A DNA stretch of 64,000 bases, from NCBI GenBank assembly GCA_001179505.1, contig CDMY01000033.1, forward strand, positions 124,001 through 188,000, read 5' to 3'. Made by a program: the position numbers and the translations under genes. The notes below the pieces were generated by a model that worked only from the letters and a program-made list of their open reading frames with translations, searched no databases and had not been told where the DNA came from. Below, piece after piece: positions 38,410 through 52,682 of the stretch. The first letter of the stretch is position 1, and the number at the start of each line of letters is the position of its first letter. This stretch comes from Vitrella brassicaformis CCMP3155 (Eukaryota > Protista > Chromerida).

Positions 38410-41400
38410 CCCACTCACTCACTGGGTTGGGAGGCGGGAGAGGGCGTTACATGGGGGGTGGATGGATGGATGGCGTCGCATTCCCTTCTATCGCGGCTGT
38501 TGTTCGTTCATTCATGGGTTGCTTTGAGGGCGGGTGGGCGTGGTTTCTCCTCGGTGTGAAGGACAGGCATGACTGCGGTGGCAGCCAGCCAGCCATGGTC
38601 AGTGAGTTTTCTTGGGCCAACCAACTAGCGAGCGTATGCAGTCAACTAGTTGTGTTTATGAGTGTCTCTCTCGGCCTTCCCTGAGTGTCCCCTCTCACCC
38701 TCTGTGTGGGCGCAGCGGTGTCTCTCTCTGTCTTGTGCTGCATCTGCGTGCGTGTCAGTTGCGCGTATTTCTCGACGGATGGAGCCTGGCCTGGCTTCAT
38801 GTTTTCCCCCCAGTAAGGTGTGTGTGTGTGTGCATGTGATGGTGAGTGAGACCTTGGTGCATGCTGTGTTGTTAACAGACTTGTGATCCACTTTACGTAC
38901 GTATTGTGAAATGGTGTGTGCCAGCAAGTGCCTTCCCGATCCCCACACACAGCACACCCCTTGAACAGAACGAACACAAGCCGCACGTGTGTGTGCGTTG
39001 CCATGCCGTGCCGACAGGTGTTTTATGGACTGGATGAGTGTCCGTCTACAGCCATCCATCCATCAGTCAGTCAGCATTGGTCCGGTCGGTCGGTCTGTCT
39101 GTAACACTTGAACACACACCCACCGTCTATCCTACCAGCACACACAGCGCACCGCACCGAACAGCCATCCATCCATCCATCCATCCATCCATATGCCATC
39201 GGCCCGTCCGTCCATCCAATCCATGCATGCAGAGAGCTAGTCAGTCAGTCAGGCAGGCAATCAATCAACCAGCCTGTCGATTTGATAGACATTGATGAGC
39301 TAAATCCGCAGCCCACACTCTATCGCACCCACCCTCAGCCCTCCCTCGTCTAGGCCACCCTCCCTCCCTCCCTCCCTTGATCGATCAAGTGCTGACTGAT
39401 GCGTCCCCCCTCCATCCATCCGTCCATTGCAGCCATCAGTCATCCCTTCCCATCCATAACCCACCACCTAGCGTAGCACCACCGTGCAGCAGAGACACAG
39501 GCAGGCAGGGAGTCGGCAAGAAACAAGGCGAGCGAGTCGTGTATGTATGTAGGTAGGTATGAACCATCATCGCACTTGTCAGGCAGGGAGGCAGGGACGA
39601 ATTACACACAAAACGGCTGGTCGGCTGTCTGCTTGGTCAATGGTCAATGAGTGAATGAATGCACGGACGGCTATAGCCCTGTGAGGATGTATGTATGTGT
39701 GTGTGTGGTACGTCTGCTGGCCCTTACTTACACGATGCACCAACCAAGAAAGACAGACAGAAGGCTAGGCAGGCGCATCCGCCCACATCCGCACACCACC
39801 CCACACATGCATGTCAGTTATCATGATATAAATGGTTTGTCCGTATGTCCGTCGGTGCCCTCCCTAGCAGGGTGCGATGCGATGCGATGCGATACACAGA
39901 GAGGGAGAGAGTGAGGCATGTATGTATGTATGTATGTACGTGTGTACGTATGTGTGTACGTATGTATGTTGAGCGTATATGTATCGGTATTTATGTAAGA
40001 TGTCCCCTGACGGTAGGGGAGGGGTATGCGAAGCGAAGCGAAGCAAGGCGAGGCGCACATGCGAGTGAGGAAGCCAGTCAGTCAGTAAGTCAGGAAGTAG
40101 GGCGGAATTACAGCGACAGACACGACAGGCGAGCAAAAACACAAAACACACACCAACACGCCAACACACGCACACGCACCACACACATCCCATGGATGGC
40201 ATCACAGAGAGGGACCCTTTTCTGTAGGTTTAAAACATCCCAGGTTGGAAATGTCGTATGCACATCGCATCACACAGCACATCAGCACATACACGCTAGT
40301 CGTCATTCACCGAGCGAGTAGGAGGCATGGCATGCATAGAACACGTGCGGGCAGGCATGCAGGCGAGCGAGAGCCAGTGGGCGGGCAGCAGGGCGGGCGG
40401 TTGAGAGTGGGCCAGCGCTCAAGTCAGATGGCAGGCAGGCAGGTAGACAGTAGGTAGAAAAGCCAGTAGGGACAAAAGGACCAAACATTCTAGGCACTTC
40501 CCCCTCCAGTCCCCTCCCCCCTTTGTACATGCCTTACTTAGGTCACCACATGCATTCAAACATGGGCGCCCGACATGCAACCATCACACCGACGTCAAGT
40601 CAACATACATACATAGCCGAGTGAGTAAACTGGATGATATGAGCGAATAGCGAGCGAGGCACACACACACAGAGCCCACATCAGTCACATAGCGCATGGC
40701 ACACAGACACAGAGAGCACAAGGCGTGACGTAAACAAACACCAAACGGTCGATAGACAGAGACAGCCATACAGACGGAGAGAGAGATGGAGAATGCGCTG
40801 TATATATAAGGCAGAGAAAGGCAGGCAAACAGCCAGACACTAAGACGGCTAAGACAGACGGTAAACAAACACCCCCTGGCAGCCACCCACGCCGCTTTCA
40901 CGCCCCCCGGCCCAAAAAAGGAGCAGATTTCTTGGTTCTCACCTTTCATTCGTGTATCTGAATGTCTGTCTGTCTGTCTGTCTCTCTGTACGTACGCAGC
41001 CGAGCCCAGCTCAGTCCAGCTCAGCACTTTGGTGGCTCTTTCGCTTTTCTTCTTCTCTTCTCCATCCATCCATATGAAAAGGGACGTCCATGCTATGCGT
41101 GTGAGTGTATGTGGATGTGCGTGTGTGTATTCATTTCATCCTCGATGGAAGTAGTGTGACAAGTGGAATGGATGAATGGATGGATGATGCAAACACCAAC
41201 ACATACACGACGCGTACAGCGATATGTCGTCTTGCCCTCCCTCCCTCCCTCCCTCCCCCCTCCCCTACACACACAAAACACAGAGCGGACACACCACACA
41301 CAGACACACACACATAGACCACCATCTATCTAATTCTTGGAGTGCGCCAGCAGCAGCAGTAGCCAGCCTGCCAGCCATCGAGTCCACCAGAGCCATTGGT

Positions 41401-44272
41401 CTGGCGGGGCGGTCGGGAGGCAAGGCTGACGACCGGGCCGCTGGCGCACACACACATGAACACATCTATCCATCCATCCATGTATGTGTGTGTGTAGGGA
41501 TGGATACGGTAAAAACAGCAGCGTGCTAGACATCCATCCATCCATCCGAGCAGACAGACAGACAGACAGACAGAGAGGAGAATGACACACACACACAGTG
41601 ACAGACGACATAACAGGTAAGAATGAGTGAATCCAATAGATGCATCCAGCCCACGAAGGAACAGACAGACAGACATACACAGGCCGAGCCAGCCCACCCC
41701 AGCAACACAACCACCACACAGCACTCATTCATTCATTCATTCATCAATCTATCTCCCATGTCAGCACGAACCAACGGACTCTCCGGCAATCCAATCCTGC
41801 CCGCCTCCCTCCCCCCCTGCTTTCCTCCAGGCTGCCTCGCCTTGCCTCCCTGGCCTTGCGCCACCAGAGCGATAAATAGGCGGGCCGAACCAGCCCGGGC
41901 CGCCGGGCCATGCAGGAGGGCGATGGATAAAATGCATCCATGGGATCCATGCCATGGAATGGACCACCACACCCATCCGACCCCCAACCACAATACACGC
42001 ACACACAGACATGCACACACACACGCCATTCATCGACACGCCACGATCAGACCCACACGAACCACGGCACGGACTGCATCGACGACGCCGACGCTGCAGC
42101 CGGAATAATATTAGTAACCGTTGCTGCACTCGTCCATCTGTCTAGCTAGAGTGGCGGATGGGTGGTGGTGGCACCTATGGATGGATGGATGCGTCATGCG
42201 ATGGATGCGATGCTTGAGGGAGGGTTAGAGTAGCAAACAACTCCCAGCCACACACACACAGGCAGTCAGGAAGGATCAAGTGGATGGGATAGATGGATGG
42301 ATAGATGGTGGGAAACGAACGAAACAAAGACCGCACGAGCACAACAGCCAGCCAGACGCAGACACAAAATTGTCCCGTTCTTCATTGTCTTGTTCCCCTC
42401 CCTCCCTCCCTCTCCGTGTGTGGAACCATCCAGGCGGGTACCCATGAAGGAGTGACTGAGTGAGTGAGTGCATTAATGCGATATCCGTCAGGCCTCGTAT
42501 CTACACACACCACGCCACACCACATCACATCACATCACAATCACGACCACACAGCAATGAATGCACAATTCACAGCGCTCAGGGTGGCTGCTTGGCTTCC
42601 TGGTCTGTCTGCCTTGATTGATATCCCTCTCGTTCTCCATCTCTCCCCTCCCTCCCTCTCAACCAAAACCCACATGGTGATGTGATTATGAACGAACGAG
42701 TCACTGAATGAAAGCGTCGCGTCAGTCAGGTGTGGCGTCTTGTCTTGTTTGATGCGATAGATAGATAGATGAGGGCGAGGCGAGGCTGGGCGAGCGAGTG
42801 GGCCATAAATGACTCAACACGCTCGTACACACATACACACACACACGGGGTACACACGGGGAGGGGGCGGACTGGACAAGAGGCAGGCAGGCGGGCATGC
42901 TAGGTCACCGGTGCTTACAAGATAGACGACGGAGAAACTCATGGACTGACTGGACCGACCGGATCAGAGGGGGCAGTGCAGTCGAGTCGGGCGAAAGGGA
43001 TAGCGGGAGAGCGGAAGGGAGAGCGGGCGGGCGCGTTGAGAAGACACACGACATAGCACAGCACGGCACAGCAGGGCACGGCAGGACACAGATGGAATAG
43101 CACAGCATCAGGCGGACACTCACACAGGGTGAGGTGAGGTGAGGTATGTATCAATCACGCCATGCCACCCCATCAATCGACGACATTCCCTCTGTGGCCT
43201 CTCTCCCACCCATCTCCCTCCCTGCCACGTTTCCTTCACGCGCCCCCGAGACAGACAAATCGATGGCTGGCTGGCTGGCTGGCTACACAAATGAAGGACA
43301 TCAATCACATTGAGGTAGTTCGGTAGGGAAACACCCTCAGCCTCACGCTCTGTCTGTCAGTCAGCACTTCCCTCCCTCCATCCCCCTCCCTCATCATGGG
43401 GGGCACGAACCACACCACAGCACACACATGATAGCGCAAGACACACACGCAGGCCGGGGCGAGAGACAGGCAGAAAGAAATGCACTGCACTCAAGACAAC
43501 ATGGCAGCGCAGCCCTGCACTCACGTGAGCACTCACTCACGGATCGATCGGGGGGATGTCGGTGTGCTTGATTGAATGTACGCATGACATCAAGGAAGCA
43601 TGCCTACACCCAAGCCCTTGCTGTCTTGATTGCCTTGGTGCGTGGTGCGTGTGTGCCATAAAAGCGACACCAACCCGTTCCCAGCCCAGCCCAGCTGGGA
43701 GGGGGAAGCTGCCTCTACAGCCGGCTGGTCTGTCTGTCTGTCTGTCCGTCTCTCTGTGTCGATGTGCAACGTGTCCACGGTCAAGCCCGTCAGTCAGTCA
43801 GTCGTCCTTGCCGTGCATCGGTCTCCCACTCCAGGTGACGCATTTGCCCCAGCCAGATGTCATGGCTGTGACGGACACGTCACCCAGAGAGGGCCCAGCG
43901 ATGCACAGAAGCTGACCGAGGAATCAGGCAGCCACTGTCTGTGCGTATGTATGTACGGTCAGCGATCTCTCTACGCACCCATGAATGAAGGAAGCACACT
44001 CAACACACGCAATGCACGGGAGGGAGCACACGAGCATCCATCCATCCATCAACACTTTGGGCCACACGCTGAAACACAGTCATGGCCGGCCGTTCCACCA
44101 CACCCACGCCACACACACACACACACACACACACACAGCAACCCGCCCACACACCACAGCATAGCATACCCTCGCCACACCACGCACACCACACACGAGA
44201 GAGACACGAAGCTAGCACATACCCCCCGGGGACCCATCCATCCATCCATCCATCTGTGCCCACACTGATCAG
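38410..44272. repeat. About 5.9 kb of microsatellite-dense, apparently non-coding sequence (CA, CCAT, CAGA, CAGT, CCCT, GATGC units)
   Basis: ORFs here are translations of simple repeats; no recognisable domain was seen. Confidence 0.7.
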
Positions 44273-47200
44273 TCAGTCTTCGTATTGGGCGGGCTCGGCC
44301 TTCTTTAGATCTGCCAGACAGACCACACACAAAGAGACCAGCCAGACCCATGAGACCAAGAGACCATTGATGTCAGTCAACATCTTATGCTGCTGAGGCA
44401 CTCTGACTGACGTACCAGATGCGGTGATGTGCAGTTCGCTGAGTGCCGACTCGATGCTCTCGATGGACCGTGACGGCATCGCCATGCTCTCCACACTCGC
44501 AGTAGTCGTCGCCAAGGTGCTCTGCGTCGTGGAGGGCAGCCCCTCCGGCCCGCCCCTCGTGCCAGATGACACCACCACGCAGCTGCCCTGCTTGGCCACC
44601 TCACCCTCACCCACGGTGTCGAGCGCACTCCCCAGCAGCGCCCGCTGCCGCGCCCGTTTCTTGGCCGCCCGCGGGTTCATGGGCACGTGGAAACCCAGGA
44701 ATGGCACCGTGGGCGTGTTGGCCGCTGGGTGGTTGGGCGCATCGTCCTTGGCAGAGGCGGACGGCAGCGATGAGGACAGCGAGGCACCCATGCGGGCCGA
44801 TGTCATGGCCTGCATGCCGCTGAGTGAGGGAAGGGGCGCTAGGGATGACGTGGGCGGCGACGATGCACTGGTTGAAAAGGACGACAGCAGCGCCATCTGT
44901 GTGGAGCGGGTGGTGCCTCGTGGGTGGGGCAGAGGGGGCGGGAAGGGCAGCGGGCCGCCACGCCGAGACGGCGTGCTTCGAGTCGTGCGGGACTCGTCTG
45001 TCGGTCCACCCTCTGAGGCCTGCTGTGCCACCCCAGGCGCGCTCCTGCCCCTCTCCACCGTCGGATGGTGCGCCATTGGTCGCGGGGTCGTCACGAGTGG
45101 CACGACCGATTCCATGGTCGATGCGCGCGGAATGCGCTCGCGGACGTGAGACGACGCTGACGATGCAGTGGCTGGCCGCGGCTCGGGGCTCGCCGTGGCT
45201 GATCGTGAGAGGCTCGTGAACTTGCCGGTGGTGCGGGAGGGTGGGGGCCNNNNNNNNNNNNNNNNNNNNNNNNNNNNNNNNNNNNNNNNNNNNNNNNNNN
45301 NNNNNNNNNNNNNNNNNNNNNNNNNNNNNNNNNNNNNNNNNNNNNNNNNNNNNNNNNNNNNNNNNNNNNNNNNNNNNNNNNNNNNNNNNNNNNNNNNNNN
45401 NNNNNNNNNNNNNNNNNNNNNNNNNNNNNNNNNNNNNNNNNNNNNNNNNNNNNNNNNNNNNNNNNNNNNNNNNNNNNNNNNNNNNNNNNNNNNNNNNNNN
45501 NNNNNNNNNNNNNNNNNNNNNNNNNNNNNNNNNNNNNNNNNNNNNNNNNGGGGGCGGTGGGGGAGGGGGATGCGGTGCGGCCATGCTGCCGATTACAGGG
45601 GAGGTCTGGGCCTGTGTGCTGGTCTTGCCGGTGAGCAGTGGGGTCAGGTCGGGCAGCGACGAGGTGGTGCTGTGTCCGTGGCCATGCCTGCGGCCTCCGC
45701 TGCCATTGCCACCGGGTGGCTTGGGCTGTATGGGTGCGAATGCCTTGCGGGGGGCAGTGGGTGAGGAGACGAATCGGAATCGGTCGGGGAGGGGCTCGTT
45801 GGACCTCGCCTTGAGGTTGTACAGCCACTGGTTGCCCCGAGGGCTGAACGTCGCCGTCGCCGTGCCAGTCACCGACCCACGATGAACCGCATGCCCGCTG
45901 GCCCTTGCGATCTCGCCCGCGGCGTGGTGGGTGGTCCTCTCCGCCCTCTCTGCTGCACGCCAACTGCTCGGCTCTCTGTACTCGAATCGTGGAACGAAGG
46001 CCGACACACCAGGGGGGGACAGCCCCCTCCCTCCCATAAGAGTTGAGTAGGGGTGCGCCTGCTCGATCGACAGCAGTGACGGGGGGATCTCTGGCGGCTC
46101 TGGCGGGGCAGGTGGGTAGAGACCGACAGGCGGGGGCGCTCGAACGCCAGCGGCAGCAGCGGCCGCCGCAGCAGCAGCCGCTGCCGCTGCTGCCCCCGGT
46201 GCGGGCTCCATGTGTGTGGGTGCTGGGATGGCATAAGGGACCGGCGTGCCGTAGTGGTGCATGGGCGACAGCTGCACGCCGTAGTCCTCGAGGCTGTGGT
46301 AAGTCGGTTCCTCTGGGGGCGAGGACGACATGGAGGCATACGAGCTGTAGGCCGGGTGGTGTGGAGGGGCCCCACCCCAGTGGGCCATTTGGTACTGGGC
46401 CTGCATCTGCATCTGCAGCGGACCGATGGGGGGCGGGGGCGGCCGGTGATGTGTGAGGGGGAGTGCGGGGGCATCCACGGGCGTCTCGAATGTGAGCGAC
46501 GGGTAGGGGATAGAGGCCGTGACGGTCATCGGGGGGAAGGCAATGTGCGGCCTGGGGGCGGGGGAGTGAGGGCCGGGTGGGGAGGAGGGGTGGTGCAGCT
46601 GCTGTGGGTGCTCCGTGGGGATGTCGTGCTGTGAGGCCTCGGACACCTGGTCGGGGATGTCACCCGCTGACGCGCGGCGAGGGGGGCGAGGCAACCTGAT
46701 GGACGGATGGATGGATGGATCGACACGAACAGATACCGACATGTGTCTGTGTGTGTGTGTGTCTTACGCTCGTTTGGGCCTCAGTTCGTCCCATCCATGC
46801 GCATGACGACACGTATCCTGACAGACAGGCACACAGACAGAAAGACACGTGGACCACAGAGACCGTACATTTGCCCCACTCCCTGCCTGCCTGCCTGCCT
46901 GCCTGTGTGTGTTGCTCAGCTCACCCCTCTGGGGCAGTGCCCCCGCTTCCAGAAGACACACAAGGAGGTCTTAAAAAAATCGTCCGTGTGTCGAAGCTCC
47001 TCCGTCCCGTGGGCTGGCAAGGTAGGTGATGCACACGCACACACACACATTACATGGTCACAACTCATCTCATTCACCCGATCTACCCGTCCCGTCGACA
47101 GCACAGCTGATGTGTCTGTCGTGTGTGAGTGTGTGTGTGTGTGTACCGAATGGGCAGTCCTCATCCTGGCACTCTCCCTGCTGCCACAGCTCACACACCT

Positions 47201-47704
47201 TCGTCTGTACAACACACACCACACACCACACACACCATACAAAGAGACTCGTCATGTGATGGCTGGATGCGTGTGTGTACCTTGGCCAGGTCAGGCTTGG
47301 TCCTCAACTCGACCTTGCCTGCACATCAATCAATACGCACACAATAACACGCAAGCAGCATGATATGATAGCCGTCGATAGATTGTTGTCTGTATCTCCG
47401 TCGATCGACCGCACCGTGAGCATAGCTGCACACCAACATAACACAACACAACACAACACACAGCAAGCCATCGTGACTGACTGACAAGAGTGTTGTGATG
47501 TGACCGTTCCCCCTCACCGGCAGAATTCGCCTTTGGTACACTTGCCCTGCACAGACAGACAGACAAAGCAGGCAACACGACAGTCACACATCCACCCACC
47601 GAACGAAACGTCGCAGCCCTCGCTCCCCTCCCCTCTCCCTCCCCCCGGCTCACCGATCGCCAGTACTTGCAGTATTTGGTCTTATAGAACTGGTTCATCT
47701 GCAT
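44273..47704 (-). CDS. Triple CCCH zinc-finger RNA-binding protein with long Pro/Ala-rich disordered C-terminus
   Basis: Small exons splice to [100 protein letters not shown]. The exact start, the gap-spanning part and the 3' end are uncertain. Confidence 0.88.
45250..45549. other. Assembly gap (300 N) inside the coding region of the CCCH gene
   Basis: N run flanked by G-rich (poly-Pro coding) sequence; the frame differs on the two sides, so the gap length is a placeholder. Confidence 0.97.
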
Positions 47705-48296
47705 CTCGCCTCACCGACCGACGCAAGCAACCACAGATCCTTACGTACTTACTGCCCGCCTGACCGCGAGCCGACCTCGAGCGAGAAGCACGAGGAGCTG
47801 GCTGGTGATATCAGTTGTCCGTGTGGGCGGCCCGGTCGACCTGCACACAACACAGCCACACGCGCACAAGAGAAAGGGCCCTCGTCAAGTGGCACAGCGG
47901 CGTTCGCATCTGTGGGCATCTATCTACCTCGTCGGTCTGCATGTTGGAGCCAGGGGATAGTGCGGCGGTTGCTGGCGTGCCCTCTCGCACCTGCGCAGAC
48001 CCCGCTCCCTGCCTGCCGCAGACGAGTGACTGTCTCAGGGCGCCGCAGGTTGTCACCCCGATCTGGCGATTTCTCGGCACAAATGAAGCTGCTCGACGCC
48101 CGAGATGAAGCTGCGCTGCCGCCCGCAGCAAAGATGCCAAACGATATTGCCCAGATTCGGCAAGCTCGCACATTCCGTGAAACCGCTCTCTCTGGAAATG
48201 CGAGCTTCGAAACTTCCCCGCGGCACATGAGATGAGTTGAGCGAGGTGTGTTTGTTGGGTGTGGTGTTGTGGACGTACGCGAGTCGTTCCACCGGC

Positions 48297-48999
48297 ATGA
48301 TTCATGTCAAAGTTGGAGGATCCGTTCACTGTGAGGTAGATGTGGAGGCGGAGACCATGACGCTGGCGCAGATGAAGCAGCACATCGCAGAGAAAGCCGG
48401 TACGTACACACAACACAACGCAGATAGATGGATGGCCGGCATGGCCATCATGGCGCACAGGCATTGCCACTCGCCCATGTGTCTGATGTCTGAAACGTGT
48501 TTGTGGCCCGGCCGCTGTGTGGGTGGATGGATGGATGGATGGTTGCTGTCAGGATTGGACAGCTGGAGTGACTGGAAGGTGATCAGCCGCGGCAAAACGC
48601 TCACCGACAGAGATGACGACAAAACGCTGCGCACACTGGGGTTCAAGAACGACGTACGCGCCACACCACACACCACCAAACAACGCACCAGCAACAGCAC
48701 ATGACAGAATGCCCCGGGTGTGTGTGCGTGTGTGCGTGTGTGGTGGTTGGTTGACTTGACCTACGCGATGCAGACAAGGATAATGATCACGTCGGCATCA
48801 GCAGGTCGTCAGCAGCTGGCTGCTGACGAGACGGCCCAGTCGGAGGGGCGGGTGGCCGAGAAGAAGGTGGAGCAGATCCTAAACACTGCCGCAGAGCTAG
48901 CGAGACGCCAGGATGCTGGGACCAGGTACACACACACACACACGGGAGGGAAGGAGGGTCTGTGTGGCGGGTGGGTTTGGTGCATGCGATGCTGTGTGG

Positions 49000-49034
<35 letters not shown>

Positions 49035-52000
49035 CAGTGCCCGGCGTCACGACTACTTCGCATCGCTGGAAACGACAGTAGGCTGTCAGCCACACTCGAC
49101 GCTACCGATCACCGCATGGAATGCCGTGCGTGTGTTGCGTATGTGCAGTCCGGCGAGGTCATCAACATCCCGAAGCAAGTGGAGGAGAACCTTAAACTGG
49201 TAAGGGGGGCACACACAGCACACCAAATCGCAGCATACACAACGGTTCGCCATCCCTGTGTGTGTGTGTGTGACCCCTCTCTCCAGGCGATGACGTTGGA
49301 CGCCAAGGCGCGTGAGATCCGCAGTAGCAGCAACGAGGAGACCGCCCGTGTGCTGCTCGAGAAGGCCCGCGGGGCCATCGAGAAGGTCCCGGACGAATTC
49401 AGAAACATGATCGACAACGACGTACGTCTAGATGGATGGATGGATGGATGGAAGAGCTCTATAGGACACACCACACACCTGTGGGGGGTTCATGTGGTCT
49501 TGGTGTTGTGTTGGTGTTGTTTGCTGTCAGGTGGACATCTATCTGGATCTGGCGTGGTGCTACTTCAAGAAGCAGGAGCTCAGCCGACTTGACGACTTCG
49601 AACAGGCGCTCGCAAAAGCCGAGGTCACACACGCACACACATGACCTACCGACAGCCCACCACAATGGGGGCCTGATTGTGTGGTGTATGTTGTGTATGT
49701 TATGTGCAGACCAAGTTGCAGCGCATGGAGAAGCGTGACCGAGGCGACAAGGCCGAGATGGCCGCACGCAAGGCCAAAAAGGCACGGCTGCTCCTACTAC
49801 AGTGTGAGCGAGGGGGGAACAGAGATTGGGGTGGGCTGCGCAATCCGATCCACCGTCTGCATGTCTGCATGTCTGCGTGTATGTCTGTCTGTCTGTCTGT
49901 CTGTGTGCAGGTGTGGTGGCGTTCTTCAAGGACCGCAAGATGCAAGCGGCCGGCTTCCTCAACGACGGAATAGAAATATGCGATGAGGTCAGTCAGTCAG
50001 TAAGCCAATCTGTCTGTCAGTCTGTGAGCTAGCTAGTGCTCTCGCGCACCACACACAACACAACACACGTCACGTTGCTTGCGTGCCACGTATATGTGTG
50101 TGTATATTTATGTGTATGTATGTATGTGTCCGTCAATCAGTTCAATGTGCGGGAGGAGCAGATGGCGTACCTGCAGGCAATGGGTTACCAATTCAGAGAG
50201 GCCAAACGGTGCGCTGCGCCAGGGGGGGGGGGGGGGGGGGGNNNNNNNNNNNNNNNNNNNNNNNNNNNNNNNNNNNNNNNNNNNNNNNNNNNNNNNNNNN
50301 NNNNNNNNNNNNNNNNNNNNNNNNNNNNNNNNNNNNNNNNNNNNNNNNNNNNNNNNNNNNNNNNNNNNNNNNNNNNNNNNNNNNNNNNNNNNNNNNNNNN
50401 NNNNNNNNNNNNNNNNNNNNNNNNNNNNNNNNNNNNNNNNNNNNNNNNNNNNNNNNNNNNNNNNNNNNNNNNNNNNNNNNNNNNNNNNNNNNNNNNNNNN
50501 NNNNNNNNNNNNNNNNNNNNNNNNNNNNNNNNNNNNNNNNNGGGGGGGGGGGGGGGGACGGACACACGGATGGATGAAAGGCATGTACCCATATGTATGT
50601 GTTGTATGTGTGTTGTATGTGTTTGCAGGAGTCTGCGTGCGGTGTGCGGTCGTCGCCGTCTGAGCGGTGACTTTGTGGATATGGACGACCCCACCATCGT
50701 ACAGGAGGCTATCGAATTCATCTATGTATGTGCACACACACACACACACACACACACAGAGGGAGGGAGGGAGGAAGGGAGAGCCCGACGGACCACCGAC
50801 CATGTGTATGTGTGTGCAGGAGATGCGCGAGAAGCGTTCTGAGCTCAATGGCAAGAATCGAGAGGCAAGCGGGCCACACACGACGCGACGTGTGAATTCC
50901 TCCTCCCTCCCTTCCTCTGTATGTGTGTGTGGTTTATCAGAAGCACCAGCTGATGTTGAAGCAGAAGCGTCTGGGCAAGTGCCGCGACGGCAGCTGGGTC
51001 AACATGACACTGCTGCAGCAGTTCACACGTACAGTACCTACACAGCACAATGCCACACCACACGTCCGTGCCATGCTATGATTGATGCACCCACCCACCC
51101 ATCGTGTCCTGTGTGTGTGTGTGTGTATCAGTCCAGAAGTACCCCGAGAAGGACGTGGTGCGTGTGCTGCAGAAGACCAACAATGACCCGCAGGAAACCG
51201 AACGCATGCTACAGGGTCAGCAGCAGCACGCACACAATACGGTGCCAGGGATCCATGTGATGTGTGCGTGCGTGTCTATCCATCCATCCATCCATCCAGA
51301 GGAGGCGCTGTCCAAGTCTATGCTAGAATCGGCCGTAGAAGCTATGGTGGGAGCCTCACTCTCGCGTGTGCGTGTCATCCGATGGATCGCTGTCCACATG
51401 TGACTGACACAGGTGGGTATGGGTGTTGACGCCGAGCGGGCCCGCGCGGCGCTGCAGCTGACGAGCAACAACTCGATCGACGAGGCCATGACCATCATCA
51501 CCACACAAGACACCAACAGCCAGGACTCGGTGCCACCTGCTGCCGCTGCGGCCGCTGCCGCTGCTTCCGAGTCATCACCCTCCCCTGCTGGCCCACCCAG
51601 CCTTGACTTCAGCTGCCTACACAATCCACTGCCGTCTACCAACTTGGAGGTGGGAGGGGAGGGGGAGGGACAGAGAGGACGGAATGGCATCCGTCAGTGT
51701 GTGGGGGGGCGTGTGTGCAGGAGTGGACGGGCAACGAGTTGTGTGTGGGGTTCGTGTGTGCGTGTGTGATGTGTTGTGTGGCGACCCGCCTGTTAGGCGG
51801 TGCCACCCTGGCCATGCTCAACACCCAGTGGAACCTCACACCGCCCGACATACCGCCCGACGACGACGACGACGGCGAGGAAGTCGACTACCAGGCTGAG
51901 CAGCTGAACGAGCAGATTGAGGAGCAGTTCGCACACTCACTCCGCAGTAAGAGCAGAGACACACACATACGAGGGATACAGACGGGACGCGTGGAATGGC

Positions 52001-52682
52001 CTCCCTCTCCCCCTCGCTGTGATGTGATGTGATGTGATGTGTGTATTCCATTTATCCATGATGGCCATTCCATGCCATGCAGCTCAGAGCGACCCGTATG
52101 CGTATCTGGACATTGATTTGAGCGAGGAGCGGGCCTACCTAGACGTCTACCGCAACACATATCTCGAACACCAGCGCAAATTCGGTAGTTATCTAGGCAA
52201 CACACACACAACCACCAGACGCGTCATGTCATGTCATGTGTGTCTGTCTTTTCTGATGTTTGCATGACATGGTCCCCATTCCTCCAGGCGACAGTGGGTG
52301 GAGTGGCATGGAGATCCTGCGCGTGGGCGCCCAGGCCCTCTCACACACATCCACGGCATCCTCATCCAGCGGCCCTTCATCGGCCACATCCGCCGCAGCC
52401 ACCGTGCCCTTCCCCATGCAGACAGACGACGCACCCAGCCCAATGTCCATCGACCAGCAGCCGCAGCAACAGCAGCAGGAGGGTGGTGGTGGTGGCCAGG
52501 AGGGGCAAGACCAGCCTATGGACGACAGTGGCGGTGACAATGACAATGCCAATGACAATGGCAGTGGCAACGCGGCGGAAGAGGGTGAGGGTGAGGGTGA
52601 GGATGGTGGCGCGCGGAAGCGGCACTGTGGCGAGGGCAAGGCCAAAGACAAGGAGCCAGAGGACGGGCATGGCAACAAGTGA
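48297..52682 (+). CDS. NUB1: NEDD8 ultimate buster 1-like protein (N-terminal UBL, NUB1 helical core, C-terminal UBA domains)
   Basis: UBL (TLAQMKQHIAEKA...WKVISRGKTL...TLRTLGFK), Y-x-x-LETQSGEVINIP, HLYLDLAWCYFK, RLLLLQGVVAF, and UBA-like LQAMGYQFREAKR and MGVDAERARAALQLTSNNSIDEAM; TGA ends at 52682. Confidence 0.8.
50242..50541. other. Assembly gap (300 N) within the NUB1 gene, flanked by G homopolymers
   Basis: N run between poly-G tracts. Confidence 0.98.

Noticed and set aside
39108-44396. Many 60-210 aa ORFs rich in HT, CV, PSIH or MDGW repeats
   Set aside because: These are translations of CA/GT and CCAT/GGAT microsatellites typical of introns and intergenic DNA here.
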